From positions 1-36,014 of the IMG/VR virus record IMGVR_UViG_3300025150_000523: a stretch of DNA of 36,014 nt; one strand, written 5' to 3'. Under the pieces are notes generated by a model that made no database searches, was not told the origin of the DNA, and was given only the letters and a program-made list of their open reading frames with translations. Numbering within the stretch: the first letter of the stretch is position 1; the number at the start of each line of letters is the position of its first letter. Shown here in pieces: positions 9,826 through 19,175 of the stretch. The position numbers and the translations under genes are program-made. The stretch comes from a virus (lineage: Duplodnaviria; Caudoviricetes).

Positions 9826-11040
9826 CTAAATCCTCTCGATAACCTTCTTAGCGCTGTCGCCCTTCAAATCTTGCTCACAAACTGGACAGATCTTCAGTTC
9901 GTCAACGATAATGGTCAATTGCTTATGCTTCTCTTCCCGAATCTGTGCAATTGACTCATTGATCTTTTCCAGGGCCTCATTGTTCTCTTTGATTCTTGTT
10001 CCGACTCGCGTTGCTTTCTTGGAAAGGGTTTCAGCCGAATCAATTCTTTGGGACAATTCAACAAGCTTGCTGATGTCGATATTCGCGACTCGCGTCAAGG
10101 CTTCCAGTTTCTCATTGATGGTAACTGTTCTGTCTCGAATGCTTTCTGCTTTGCCCATCAATTGATTAGCTGACTTGACGCGAGTAGCGAGTTGGCTCAA
10201 AGCTTCAATATCCTCACTGAATGATAGCAGACCTTCCAAGGAAACGATTTTATCTTGATTTTCATCAGACTTAGTTTCCAGGGAATCATGTTTATCAAGA
10301 AGAATTTTGGCCTTCTTGATTTTATCTTCTCGGTCTTTTAATTCCTGGGCTTCCTTCAAGAGTCGTCCGGAAAATTCTATTTCATGACTTGGATCTATGA
10401 GCGTCGATAACTCTTGAGTCTTGTCGTCAATATTTGACTGCAAAACCTTGATTTCCGTGACTATCTCACCTCTGGCATGTGTTTTCTTGTTCAGGCGCTT
10501 CAGCAAACCCTCAAAATCGTCGATGTTGTTGAATTTATTGAGCAAACGCGAAAGTCCAGCCCCCTGATAAGCCCATGCCAGGGGGCTTTCCATCTGAGGA
10601 ATGTAGTTGACTTCTAGCTTGGTCTTGTCCAAAGTCAGATGATGAAAACCTAGAACGCTTCTGATTTCATCAGGAACTTCCAGGCCAAAATTGTTGAACT
10701 CCAGTTCTTCACCGTCGGGGTCAATCAGGGTATACCTATTGAGAGTTGAATTGAGTTCTTTTGCCCTGATGATAGTATAACCGTTGGATATTTTGATGGT
10801 TACGCGGCAGAGAACCTTCGGTTTATCTCCATTGATTTCAGCCATAATGGAATCAGCATCACGCCTAATGAAATCGTCACCGCTAGGCTCATTATAACAC
10901 GCCCAACGGATAGATCTCTGGATCGCTGATTTACCCGAATCGCTGTCTCCAATGATCATGTTTAATCCAGAGCAGAAATCGATTTTGGTATACTTATGAG
11001 ACTCGTAATTCTCGATGATAACTTGCGAAAACCAGATCAT
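9826..11040 (-). CDS. SbcC/Rad50-like ATPase, N-terminal half with zinc hook
   Basis: IENYESH, Walker A GDSDSGKS, Q-loop YIPQ, long coiled coil ending in CPVCEQ. Confidence 0.88.
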   Translation of the reverse strand: MIWFSQVIIENYESHKYTKIDFCSGLNMIIGDSDSGKSAIQRSIRWACYNEPSGDDFIRRDADSIMAEINGDKPKVLCRVTIKISNGYTIIRAKELNSTLNRYTLIDPDGEELEFNNFGLEVPDEIRSVLGFHHLTLDKTKLEVNYIPQMESPLAWAYQGAGLSRLLNKFNNIDDFEGLLKRLNKKTHARGEIVTEIKVLQSNIDDKTQELSTLIDPSHEIEFSGRLLKEAQELKDREDKIKKAKILLDKHDSLETKSDENQDKIVSLEGLLSFSEDIEALSQLATRVKSANQLMGKAESIRDRTVTINEKLEALTRVANIDISKLVELSQRIDSAETLSKKATRVGTRIKENNEALEKINESIAQIREEKHKQLTIIVDELKICPVCEQDLKGDSAKKVIERI

Positions 11041-11050
11041 TCAATCCCTC

Positions 11051-11893
11051 TCAGCTAGACGTGAAGCCACGCGGACGCCGCTTATGGAGATTATAAGCGA
11101 TCTCGTCCGGGATTTCAAGCGCGTCGAGATTCGAGACTTCCTCCCGCTCTTTGTGGCGAGCCCTAATCTCTCGGGAATTGGTGCGAAAATACCCGGACAT
11201 GTCTGGGACGCTAGGATCCTTCCTTGAGGGTCTAGCGATCTGAGGATTTGAAATGTTTCTGGCAGCCTGTTTCTCTTGATTCTGCTGAACGATAGTTTCA
11301 ACAACTATGCCCATTGGCGAATAGTCAGAACCGTTTTGTTCGATAATCTGGATATCGTCCGAGATGGTTTGCAGCAGGTCAAACAGCTCTTCTTTTTCAT
11401 TGAAACTATCGTATAAAGATGGGTCGGCTTTGTATACTCCCTCTTTCAGAAATGGAACAACTTCGTAATCTAAGGCATATTCTTGAGCTTTAATCCATCC
11501 TTCAGACAGAACATGTCGAAGAACTTTGGTGAAAGCCATGATTGCATTAGGGGAAATAAATTCCGAGGGATTGCCAATTGGCTGCCGTTCCCAAGAAGCA
11601 AGGTTGTATTCTGGAAAGAAACCTCCAGAAAGCGGCGCGGTAGCCTCTCTCACTGGAAAGATCACAAGATGGTCCTTGGTCAAATTGATGTTTTGCAGGC
11701 TAGACCAGAGCGATTCTGGAACTATCAATTGTGAGTTAACTAGAAAACTAGCCGTGTACAAAGAATCCTCTGAGGATTTATCAAGATAGTCGTCCAGATC
11801 TTTGCAGAGGACGTACTTCTTGATAGGCAATAACATTGTTGCCAAATTCGCATCGTCGCCTAACACGTACAGTTTTAGTTCTTCGATTCTCAT
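11051..11893 (-). CDS. hypothetical protein
   Basis: 280-aa ORF with an AAGGTG SD. Confidence 0.7.
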   Translation of the reverse strand: MRIEELKLYVLGDDANLATMLLPIKKYVLCKDLDDYLDKSSEDSLYTASFLVNSQLIVPESLWSSLQNINLTKDHLVIFPVREATAPLSGGFFPEYNLASWERQPIGNPSEFISPNAIMAFTKVLRHVLSEGWIKAQEYALDYEVVPFLKEGVYKADPSLYDSFNEKEELFDLLQTISDDIQIIEQNGSDYSPMGIVVETIVQQNQEKQAARNISNPQIARPSRKDPSVPDMSGYFRTNSREIRARHKEREEVSNLDALEIPDEIAYNLHKRRPRGFTSS

Positions 11894-11916
11894 ATAACAC
11901 CTTTAAAGGAGACACC

Positions 11917-12123
11917 ATGGCACAAACAGTCGTCGTAGATATCGATCAAACAATCGTTCTGGACATTTTAGATGAATTGAGACCACTTATTCAAGGATAT
12001 CTATCTGAACCAGATGGAGAGGCTCAAACAGAGATCGTCGAACTCTTAAATTCCCTGTATAGTTATGTTGTTAATCGTCCGTTAGCTCATCCCAAACGAA
12101 AAATCAAAGCCGGAAGGCTTTGA
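11917..12123 (+). CDS. small hypothetical protein
   Basis: AAGGAGA SD then ATG 11917 (MAQTVVVDID); 68 aa filling the gap. Confidence 0.65.
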   Translation: MAQTVVVDIDQTIVLDILDELRPLIQGYLSEPDGEAQTEIVELLNSLYSYVVNRPLAHPKRKIKAGRL

Positions 12124-12126
12124 TCC

Positions 12127-12525
12127 TCAACCTGCTAAAGCCAAATACCCCCGCCATACTGGCTCAGGGGCACTCTTTTCTTCGTTAATAGCTTTGCGTA
12201 ATTTTTCAATACTGTCTTGCAACATGGAAGCCGCCAGATTTGAGCACTGTCTCAAAACGAGATTTAGATACTCAGTTATTTGATCATCGTTGAACCGATC
12301 AACAGAAAAGTCGCAAAACATATTCTCATAGTAATATGCTAGCGACTTTTCTGTCAGTTTCTCAATCCTTAATGAGGTCAAATTGGGGTACTTCCTCGAT
12401 AAATATTGAAGCAAAGCCATTCGGATGGGATCTTCAAACTTTGAGATACTGTCCCATTCCATAACGCTGAAAACTATAGGTTGATTTTCTTTGGTAAAAT
12501 GCCACTCTATGATTTTATGTGTCAT
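12127..12525 (-). CDS. hypothetical protein
   Basis: Probable start ATG 12525 (MTHKIIEW) after AGAGGA. Confidence 0.6.
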   Translation of the reverse strand: MTHKIIEWHFTKENQPIVFSVMEWDSISKFEDPIRMALLQYLSRKYPNLTSLRIEKLTEKSLAYYYENMFCDFSVDRFNDDQITEYLNLVLRQCSNLAASMLQDSIEKLRKAINEEKSAPEPVWRGYLALAG

Positions 12526-13594
12526 TATCCTCTTTGATCCTCTTGATGGATTTAGGATTGTCGGATCCATGGAGATTTTCAGACTGCTCCTTTCTGATCC
12601 TGATCTTTTCTTCATAGCCAGCTTTCATCTCGTCAGTAACGATTATCTCATCAACCACGATGTTCCAAACGTAGTCACATTCCATACACGTCATTTGTCC
12701 TAAACCACTATTAAGTACATAGTTGCTGTGGCATTCGGGGCATTCTTTGGATGATTGTTTGTTTTCTCCGAATCCTGTCTTACTTATATCTTCTTCGATT
12801 TCAAAATGTTCAATTGTGTCCAGCATTTTGACTCTGATCTCCATTGGAATCATCTCGTCATCTGAGCCCACAATCGTCGCATTATCGTTGTCAGCAGAAT
12901 TGCGATAACTCTGCATCATCTCTTCCAATAAATCCTGCTGGAGAGTATTGAGCGGGGCGCTGTATTTCTTTCCAAATTGGTCCTGTACTTCCTGTCCGTC
13001 GTCGAGAAGAGCAATATTGTCGTGCGGTGGTTTGGTGCCGGATCTTCCGGTAACCTTTTCTCTCAACTCAGTTTCGGCCATTGAACAGAAATCGCGAATG
13101 AAAACAGTGATCGCCTCAGCATTTGATATCGGATCAGACAAATCTGGGATTTCTAAACTTTCAGTCTGTTCAACATATTCGTCAAAATTGGACCAGTATC
13201 TCTGCAAGTTTCTGGAAACTGTGCCATATTGCAATGGCTCAGACATTTTCTGGGAAACCAGACTCGACAGGTGAAGAATGAGAGCACTGAAACAAACGTT
13301 CTTAAAACTCTCAATGTCGTCAGGAGCAACCAAGCTATGGAGATCATCTCGGTAAAGAATCCAAGCCACCAGATTGTCGCCGTCAGAATAAACTCCACTA
13401 TCTGGATCGTCACAAACTCTTAGCATCTTTTCATTGAAACCGTACTTATGTGGTGTTTCAAGTTCGTCAGCATCAATCAGGGTTCTGGCCGGATTGGCTG
13501 GAGCCTGTGTCAGAACGCTGATAGGCATGAAGCGAACTGCCTTGGCTCGACTGTCATACATCTTCTGACACATTACAATGAATTCGATTAGCAT
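12515..13594 (-). CDS. hypothetical protein with C-terminal zinc ribbon
   Basis: CPECHS...GQMTCMECDYV; GAGGAG SD. Confidence 0.7.
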   Translation of the reverse strand: MLIEFIVMCQKMYDSRAKAVRFMPISVLTQAPANPARTLIDADELETPHKYGFNEKMLRVCDDPDSGVYSDGDNLVAWILYRDDLHSLVAPDDIESFKNVCFSALILHLSSLVSQKMSEPLQYGTVSRNLQRYWSNFDEYVEQTESLEIPDLSDPISNAEAITVFIRDFCSMAETELREKVTGRSGTKPPHDNIALLDDGQEVQDQFGKKYSAPLNTLQQDLLEEMMQSYRNSADNDNATIVGSDDEMIPMEIRVKMLDTIEHFEIEEDISKTGFGENKQSSKECPECHSNYVLNSGLGQMTCMECDYVWNIVVDEIIVTDEMKAGYEEKIRIRKEQSENLHGSDNPKSIKRIKEDNDT

Positions 13595-13664
13595 AAATCA
13601 CTCCTCTTTGCAGGTATCTGCTTTATTCATGGGGAATTATATGGTGGAATCAGGAGGAACAGCC

Positions 13665-14141
13665 ATGGATTTGGATTTCAGAGTCATATTAGAACAGCCT
13701 ACTAGAAAGGAACAACCCGTCAGTGCTGACGTACAATTGACAGCCGCATACATCCGCGCAATGAGCCAAGGAGACCTTCGACAGGCCCATAAGATTCTTG
13801 AAGAAAAAACGCTCATCCATGAAGCTGAGCGCATTCGCCAAGAAGATGAAACTACTGCAATCGAAGATGCTGAGCAGGCAGAGAAATTGACTTTGGTCTC
13901 AAGTCTTCTTCTTGAAAACCTTGAACAGGTCAAAACTGCTTCGGTCGAAACCTTGGAAGATACCCTTGAACTTCGCAGAGAACTCTTCAAAATGGTCAGC
14001 GCCAATAATAGTTTGCCAGCCAGAAGATTCGTTGTTGCAAACAACTATCTGGAAGATGCCGTGATTGAAAACTCAAACACAAATGCTCCTCTGGTAATGA
14101 TTATTGAAGCCCTCAGGGATCTTAGCTCTACTCAGGAATAA
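13665..14141 (+). CDS. hypothetical helical protein
   Basis: AGGAGG SD then ATG 13665 (MDLDFRV). Confidence 0.7.
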   Translation: MDLDFRVILEQPTRKEQPVSADVQLTAAYIRAMSQGDLRQAHKILEEKTLIHEAERIRQEDETTAIEDAEQAEKLTLVSSLLLENLEQVKTASVETLEDTLELRRELFKMVSANNSLPARRFVVANNYLEDAVIENSNTNAPLVMIIEALRDLSSTQE

Positions 14142-14799
14142 CTTCCCCTCTCAAGCTTTCCAATGCAGAAGATAAATACGGTTCTTCTTCTGATATTTCT
14201 GGCTGATAGAAAAGAGACCTGATTTTATTGAGATTCCCCGTCCTTCGTTCTCTTGAACGACGATCTGGTGCGCCTCTGTCTTCTGATCTTCTGTCTTCAA
14301 AAATAGGAATCTGAGAGCTGCGCCCCATCGCCTGATCATAAACATGGTTGAAAGAGTTTTTCAGAAACTCCTCACTGATTGGAGGCAAGCCTACTTCCTG
14401 TCTCTCTTGGAGAAACAGCCTGAAATATGGCTTGATCTGTTCCCTCAACTCTTCGGGCTTGGCTCTTGCGTTGATCAATTGCTTATTGACAAGCATCTCT
14501 AAAAAAATCTGCAATTCGTTGCGAATATACAAAGAGATAATCCCGGAATAGACAGAGTAATGAGACATCGGGGCCTCAGGATCTCCTCCGAATTTTTTGT
14601 TGAGCAAATCCCAAGTGCTTTGCTCTTCGTCGAAAATACGACCCAGATCCAAATCCCCCTCGTCCAGTTGAGAGGTTTTGATAAGGAGATCAGTTAGGCA
14701 GTGATGCCCATCGCCCTCGAATTGCTTAGCCTGTAGCAGAAAATAAGTAATCATATTCATGGTAATATTCGCATACCATGAATTAATCTCCTTCTTCAC
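14128..14799 (-). CDS. hypothetical protein with (D/E)RR repeats
   Basis: 223-aa ORF containing EDRRSEDRGAPDRRSRERR. Confidence 0.65.
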   Translation of the reverse strand: MKKEINSWYANITMNMITYFLLQAKQFEGDGHHCLTDLLIKTSQLDEGDLDLGRIFDEEQSTWDLLNKKFGGDPEAPMSHYSVYSGIISLYIRNELQIFLEMLVNKQLINARAKPEELREQIKPYFRLFLQERQEVGLPPISEEFLKNSFNHVYDQAMGRSSQIPIFEDRRSEDRGAPDRRSRERRTGNLNKIRSLFYQPEISEEEPYLSSALESLRGEVIPE

Positions 14800-15028
14800 T
14801 CGATTTTGGATAAATCTCTATTCCTAGGCTGCAATCGGCCAACGCTTCCGAGATTGTCCTGTACCCAGCCGAGATTTCAGACAACTGACTCGACATGTCC
14901 TTCTTCATTTCGGACAGCAGAGCAACCTGCGTACACAGCAGCATCAGTTCGTAATTCTGATCGGTCTTTGCAAGGTCATAAATATCGATCAATTCATCTG
15001 GCCCAAGCTTCGGCAACTTCTTGCTCAT
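14783..15028 (-). CDS. hypothetical protein
   Basis: 81 aa, directly after the upstream stop, with a GAGGAG SD. Confidence 0.65.
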   Translation of the reverse strand: MSKKLPKLGPDELIDIYDLAKTDQNYELMLLCTQVALLSEMKKDMSSQLSEISAGYRTISEALADCSLGIEIYPKSSEEGD

Positions 15029-15556
15029 CTATTCTTCTCCTCTTTTTTGAACAACGATATCAGTATCTATCAACTCTGCATGGTCTTCTATTTCGTCCAG
15101 TGAAATCCCAAGCACTTCAACAACATCTCCATTTCTAACGTTTCTCTTCAGATTGTCTGTCAGAAGGCTGAAGTATTTGTCTTTTGATTTTAGTCGCGTC
15201 CAATAATCATCGATGCGATCAACCTTGGCTAGAAATCCTCGGGATATTCCTTTGCAAAATCTGTCCAGATTGGAGTTGAACCCACACTTTTTGCAGCGAA
15301 TTCCCTTGATATTGGCTGAAAAAACATGTTCTGCTGTAGTCACAACATCAAGTTCTTGTGACGAAACACATTGAACTCCCAAACAAAGATCTGCATTCTC
15401 CAAAAAGATATAGAAGAATGCCCCGTGCTGGCTGTCTTCTCCGCACACGGGGCATTCCAGGGTCTTCAGATGCTTTTTCAGATAGTCTTGGAGCGGTACA
15501 ATTACAGGCGGCGGTTGCAAAGAACCTGATATTTCCTGTCCTGATCTAACTCTCAT
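15029..15556 (-). CDS. hypothetical zinc-finger protein
   Basis: CPVCG...CKKCG. Confidence 0.65.
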   Translation of the reverse strand: MRVRSGQEISGSLQPPPVIVPLQDYLKKHLKTLECPVCGEDSQHGAFFYIFLENADLCLGVQCVSSQELDVVTTAEHVFSANIKGIRCKKCGFNSNLDRFCKGISRGFLAKVDRIDDYWTRLKSKDKYFSLLTDNLKRNVRNGDVVEVLGISLDEIEDHAELIDTDIVVQKRGEE

Positions 15557-15563
15557 GACTCCA

Positions 15564-17660
15564 TTATATGCTGTCAGGTGCAGGAGGTTCTAGTCCATTG
15601 TCGGACAAAATCTCCAGGAACTTCTGCTTGGTGCCCAATGGCTCACCGAATGGAACCTCATTCCGGACCATGACAGCTTCAATCTGATCGGAATCCAAGC
15701 TTTCGACCTTCAAAAGATCATTGGCGAGATCTAAAATCGCAGCCTTGTGAAGGGAGCAAATTTCGACGGCCTTCGCCATAGCTTCATCGCAAATCATGCG
15801 AAGCTGTCCCTCTTCGTCCATCGTCCGCTGAGCCTTGTAATCCTAGGAATCGCTTTCTTGACCTAAAGTGGCAACAAAAGATCCGCGAGCGAAGCCCCAA
15901 TGATTAACGAACTGCGAAGCTATCTTGGTCGCCGATGCCAAATCATAGCCCGAACCAGTGGTCAACAAGTCTTTTCCAAAGAAAAGCTGCTCAGCAATGT
16001 ATCCACCGTAGCCGATAACCATTTCTCGGAAAAGAATGTCCCTGGTATAATACGAATTATCACGCCAAGCGTCCTCAACATAACCGCTGTTGTTCGCATT
16101 TGGCGAGAAAGTCGTTGCTTTGATTGGTTTATTGCCCAGGGAATATGCGATGACAGCGTGGCCAGCTTCATGAATAGCAATGTTCACATGTTTATCATCG
16201 AAAATAGGTCTGCGCAACTTCTCAATATTCAGGCTGGCATAATAGCGACGCTCGTGGATATTCCCACTCTCGCAATATACCACCGCTTTAACTTCTTCGA
16301 CTTTCTTTTCGTAAGAGAACTCAATGCGAGTTACTTTTTCACCCTTGAACTCGCCGTCACCACAGAAAATCTCTGTCTGAATGCGAGCGACAACGGGTTC
16401 AATGAATGAACTCACGGTAGTTAAGACCGGCCTAACACCTTGACTCGGGAAAACACCCTCGTCGTATAGGATGTCTAGCACCGTCTGGGTAAACACAAGC
16501 TCAATATCAGAAATCTTGGAGTAATACTCCTTGATACGATCAAGGTCTTTGAGGATGATGTCCTTGTAGTTCTGGCTGGTAAAAGCCAAGTAAATCAGAT
16601 GGTTGTTGCCGAACCTGGAAATCTGCTCAGGACGGAATCTATCCAATAATGCGTCCTTGACATCAGGAACAGTCAAGTGCTTCGACCAGCGGTGCATATC
16701 ATCTGCGGATGCGTCCGGGTTTAGGTCACGGGCAGCAGAGTAAAGCTCGTCCAAGTTTCCACAGACCATAATTGCAGACTTTGTGAAATCCATGGTGATC
16801 TGCTTATCTTGACCAGCAAGCTCCTGAAGTAATCCCTGAACGATAATGCCAAAATCTTCAGATCTCAATCTGGCGAGATAATCGTTCAACATATCCGACT
16901 TCTTCAAAAAACCTAAAGCAGACTTTACAGTGTCGAGATCCAAAGTGAACTCATAAGAGTTGACCAGATCCGGCTTGTACTTCAGGACAAACTTAGAAGA
17001 TTCGTAGGTTTTCTCTGGGTCTCGATTCTGCCAACCCGACCAAGCATCTTCTAGGTTGTTCATAATCCAGTAATGATCGTAAGACTTATTGATCGAGATC
17101 TTGCCGTCAGAAAGCAAAGACCATAAAGCCCTAATCGCCGATGATTGGCTCTCGTGACCACTTTCGTTAATCGTCCTCGCAATATGAATGTCATCAAGTA
17201 GAATGATGAATTGTTCGCCTGATTTCTTTTGGAAATTCGAATGCAACGAGTAATCAATGCGTTCCGCATCGGTGAACGAACCAACATCCGTCTCGATGAT
17301 TGGGATCTCCAATTCATTCGCCAAAGAACGGATCAAAGTTGTCTTACCTGAACCGGTCATCCCCCACAAACAGTTGATACAAGGACGGATTTGAAGCTGA
17401 GGAAACAAATACCATGGTGTGATGTTGTATATCAACCGCTCGATGATGTTGTCTATCCCGATGTACTCACGCTTTAGCGCCAATTCGGCTTCATGGAGTT
17501 TGGCGATGGCGGCGGCAAGATCGCGACGGCCAAAATTGGCTTTATTGATATCGTATTCAAGATAAACTTCGCTGTCCTCTTCATCCTCATCGTCGTCGTC
17601 GAGAATGTCAGGCTCTTGGTCTAGTTTCTGTTTCTTTTTCTTCTCGTCTTTTTTGCCCAT
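15564..17660 (-). CDS. soluble AAA+ ATPase - peptidase M41 (FtsH-type protease domain) fusion, interrupted by an in-frame TAG at 15843-15845
   Basis: Walker A GMTGSGKT, ILLDDIH, Clp-like FRPEQISRFG and GVRPV, HEAGH, GGYIAE, GSGYDLASAT. ORF 15564-15821 is in the same frame and encodes FtsH-like C-terminal helices. Start placed at ATG 17660 after GGAG. Confidence 0.8.
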
Positions 17661-17697
17661 GGTCGATTTCTCCGCTCGGAATCTCATCTGAGAAGCG

Positions 17698-17726
17698 ATT
17701 ATAACAGCCTGGGCCTTCCCTGTCAA
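17698..17726 (-). promoter_or_regulatory. consensus sigma70 promoter
   Basis: TTGACA-N17-TATAAT upstream of the AAA-M41 gene. Confidence 0.88.
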
Positions 17727-17735
17727 GCGATCCTG

Positions 17736-17744
17736 TGATATAAT
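17736..17744 (+). promoter_or_regulatory. extended -10 promoter, probably a leaderless transcript
   Basis: TGaTATAAT ending 6 nt before ATG 17751, with no SD. Confidence 0.6.
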
Positions 17745-17750
17745 GGTCTC

Positions 17751-17957
17751 ATGAGCACGAAAGAAGAGGTTGATCTTGAATTCGAACTGGCTGAGGCTTT
17801 CCAGAATTTGATTTCAACAGGGTTTGAAGAATTCCAGATTCTAGCAATTCTCAGATTCGTTGAAGCATCAATGAGGGCCAAAGAGGTCATTCCCGACGAA
17901 ACAAAGAGATGGGAGTTGATGTCTACAATTCTGAGAAGGTTGTTTCATGGAAAATGA
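17751..17957 (+). CDS. small hypothetical protein
   Basis: 68-aa ORF after the extended -10. Confidence 0.65.
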   Translation: MSTKEEVDLEFELAEAFQNLISTGFEEFQILAILRFVEASMRAKEVIPDETKRWELMSTILRRLFHGK

Positions 17958-18066
17958 TATTATAGTTTCCCTGTAAATTGAGTCATGGATTCCTACATGC
18001 TTGTATTTGGGTGCAAATTCTGAGAATGGTCAGAAAGTCTATAAATTCGTGATAGGGGAGAGTATA

Positions 18067-18252
18067 ATGAGGGCCAGAGAAATTGCGGGCGAAATCGCGA
18101 AGGTGTACGAAGAATCTCCAGTACGGGTGCGGGTTCTACTTCCTCTTCAGGAAGTAGAATTGGAAATCATCAGGGTTGAAGTCGAGGGCAAGGGGATAGA
18201 TAGCGAGGTCTATTTAATCTGTCCCCCGGCGATAGAGGTCGTCCGAAGCTAA
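18067..18252 (+). CDS. small hypothetical protein
   Basis: GGGGAG SD then ATG 18067 (MRAREIAG). Confidence 0.6.
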   Translation: MRAREIAGEIAKVYEESPVRVRVLLPLQEVELEIIRVEVEGKGIDSEVYLICPPAIEVVRS

Positions 18253-18271
18253 CAAAAATAGGAGAGAGCGA

Positions 18272-18763
18272 ATGCGCTTCATCATAGCAGGCAGGACAGA
18301 GGCAGGTAAGATGCTCCTGAGCACAACGATTGCCCCAACCATCGGAGCGGTTGTCTCGATTGGTTCACCAGGAGACAAAATTCCTGGCGGCGTTTTCAAG
18401 AAGCCACATCTGATAATGGAATTCGATGATGTCCCCGAAGGTGTAGAAACTTTCTTCGGAAAACTTGTCACGCCCCCCGATGAACGCGACATTCAGCGGC
18501 TGATCAATAGCGCTCCATCATTATTGGCGGCTGAAGGCAAGGTCTTGTGTCACTGTTTCGCTGGCATTTCCCGATCCAGTGCGGCGGCATACATCCTGAA
18601 CGCCATTAGTAAAGGACACGGCCGCGAAGAAGAAGCCCTAGCTGAGTTGAGGCACGAGTTTCCCCATATTCACCCTAACAGACTTATGATCAAAATCGCC
18701 GCAAGACTTATGGAATGGCCAGAGTTGTTGGAAATATACAATAGGGTATTTGGCAGGATTTAG
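18272..18763 (+). CDS. protein tyrosine / dual-specificity phosphatase family protein
   Basis: P-loop VLCHCFAGISRSSAAA, FDDV acid loop, HPNRLM. Confidence 0.9.
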   Translation: MRFIIAGRTEAGKMLLSTTIAPTIGAVVSIGSPGDKIPGGVFKKPHLIMEFDDVPEGVETFFGKLVTPPDERDIQRLINSAPSLLAAEGKVLCHCFAGISRSSAAAYILNAISKGHGREEEALAELRHEFPHIHPNRLMIKIAARLMEWPELLEIYNRVFGRI

Positions 18764-19149
18764 CGATACTTGATCCAAGCCAGTGCGGACGTTTCCAAAC
18801 CTTTTCTTGTCACATGAAGGGGATCATAGATATGTGTACACACTATGTTGAGAAAAAGGAAGTCTCGCATGGCAAGGATCAAGGAATCATCACTTTCAAT
18901 GGCTTCTTCCTCTTCAACGCTGACAAGAAAACATTCCCTGGAAGAGTTATGTTTAAATCCAGCATACCAACGACCATTGATAAATTGCTTCGTAGGGCGA
19001 AAAGAGCGCATTGGATAATGAGCCCTCATAAAATCTAGCAAAATGATATTGCTTGGGAAAATAAACTCTTTGCCCGTGCTGGTCCTGCACCATTCGTCGT
19101 CTTTCAAGATCAAATCAAGACTGTAATCGAACTCTGCCATACGATCCAC
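18760..19149 (-). CDS. hypothetical protein
   Basis: 129-aa ORF filling the gap; the start may be ATG 19140. Confidence 0.55.
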   Translation of the reverse strand: MDRMAEFDYSLDLILKDDEWCRTSTGKEFIFPSNIILLDFMRAHYPMRSFRPTKQFINGRWYAGFKHNSSRECFLVSVEEEEAIESDDSLILAMRDFLFLNIVCTHIYDPLHVTRKGLETSALAWIKYR

Positions 19150-19175
19150 TTAGTTGAATCATATAGCAGATCCCT

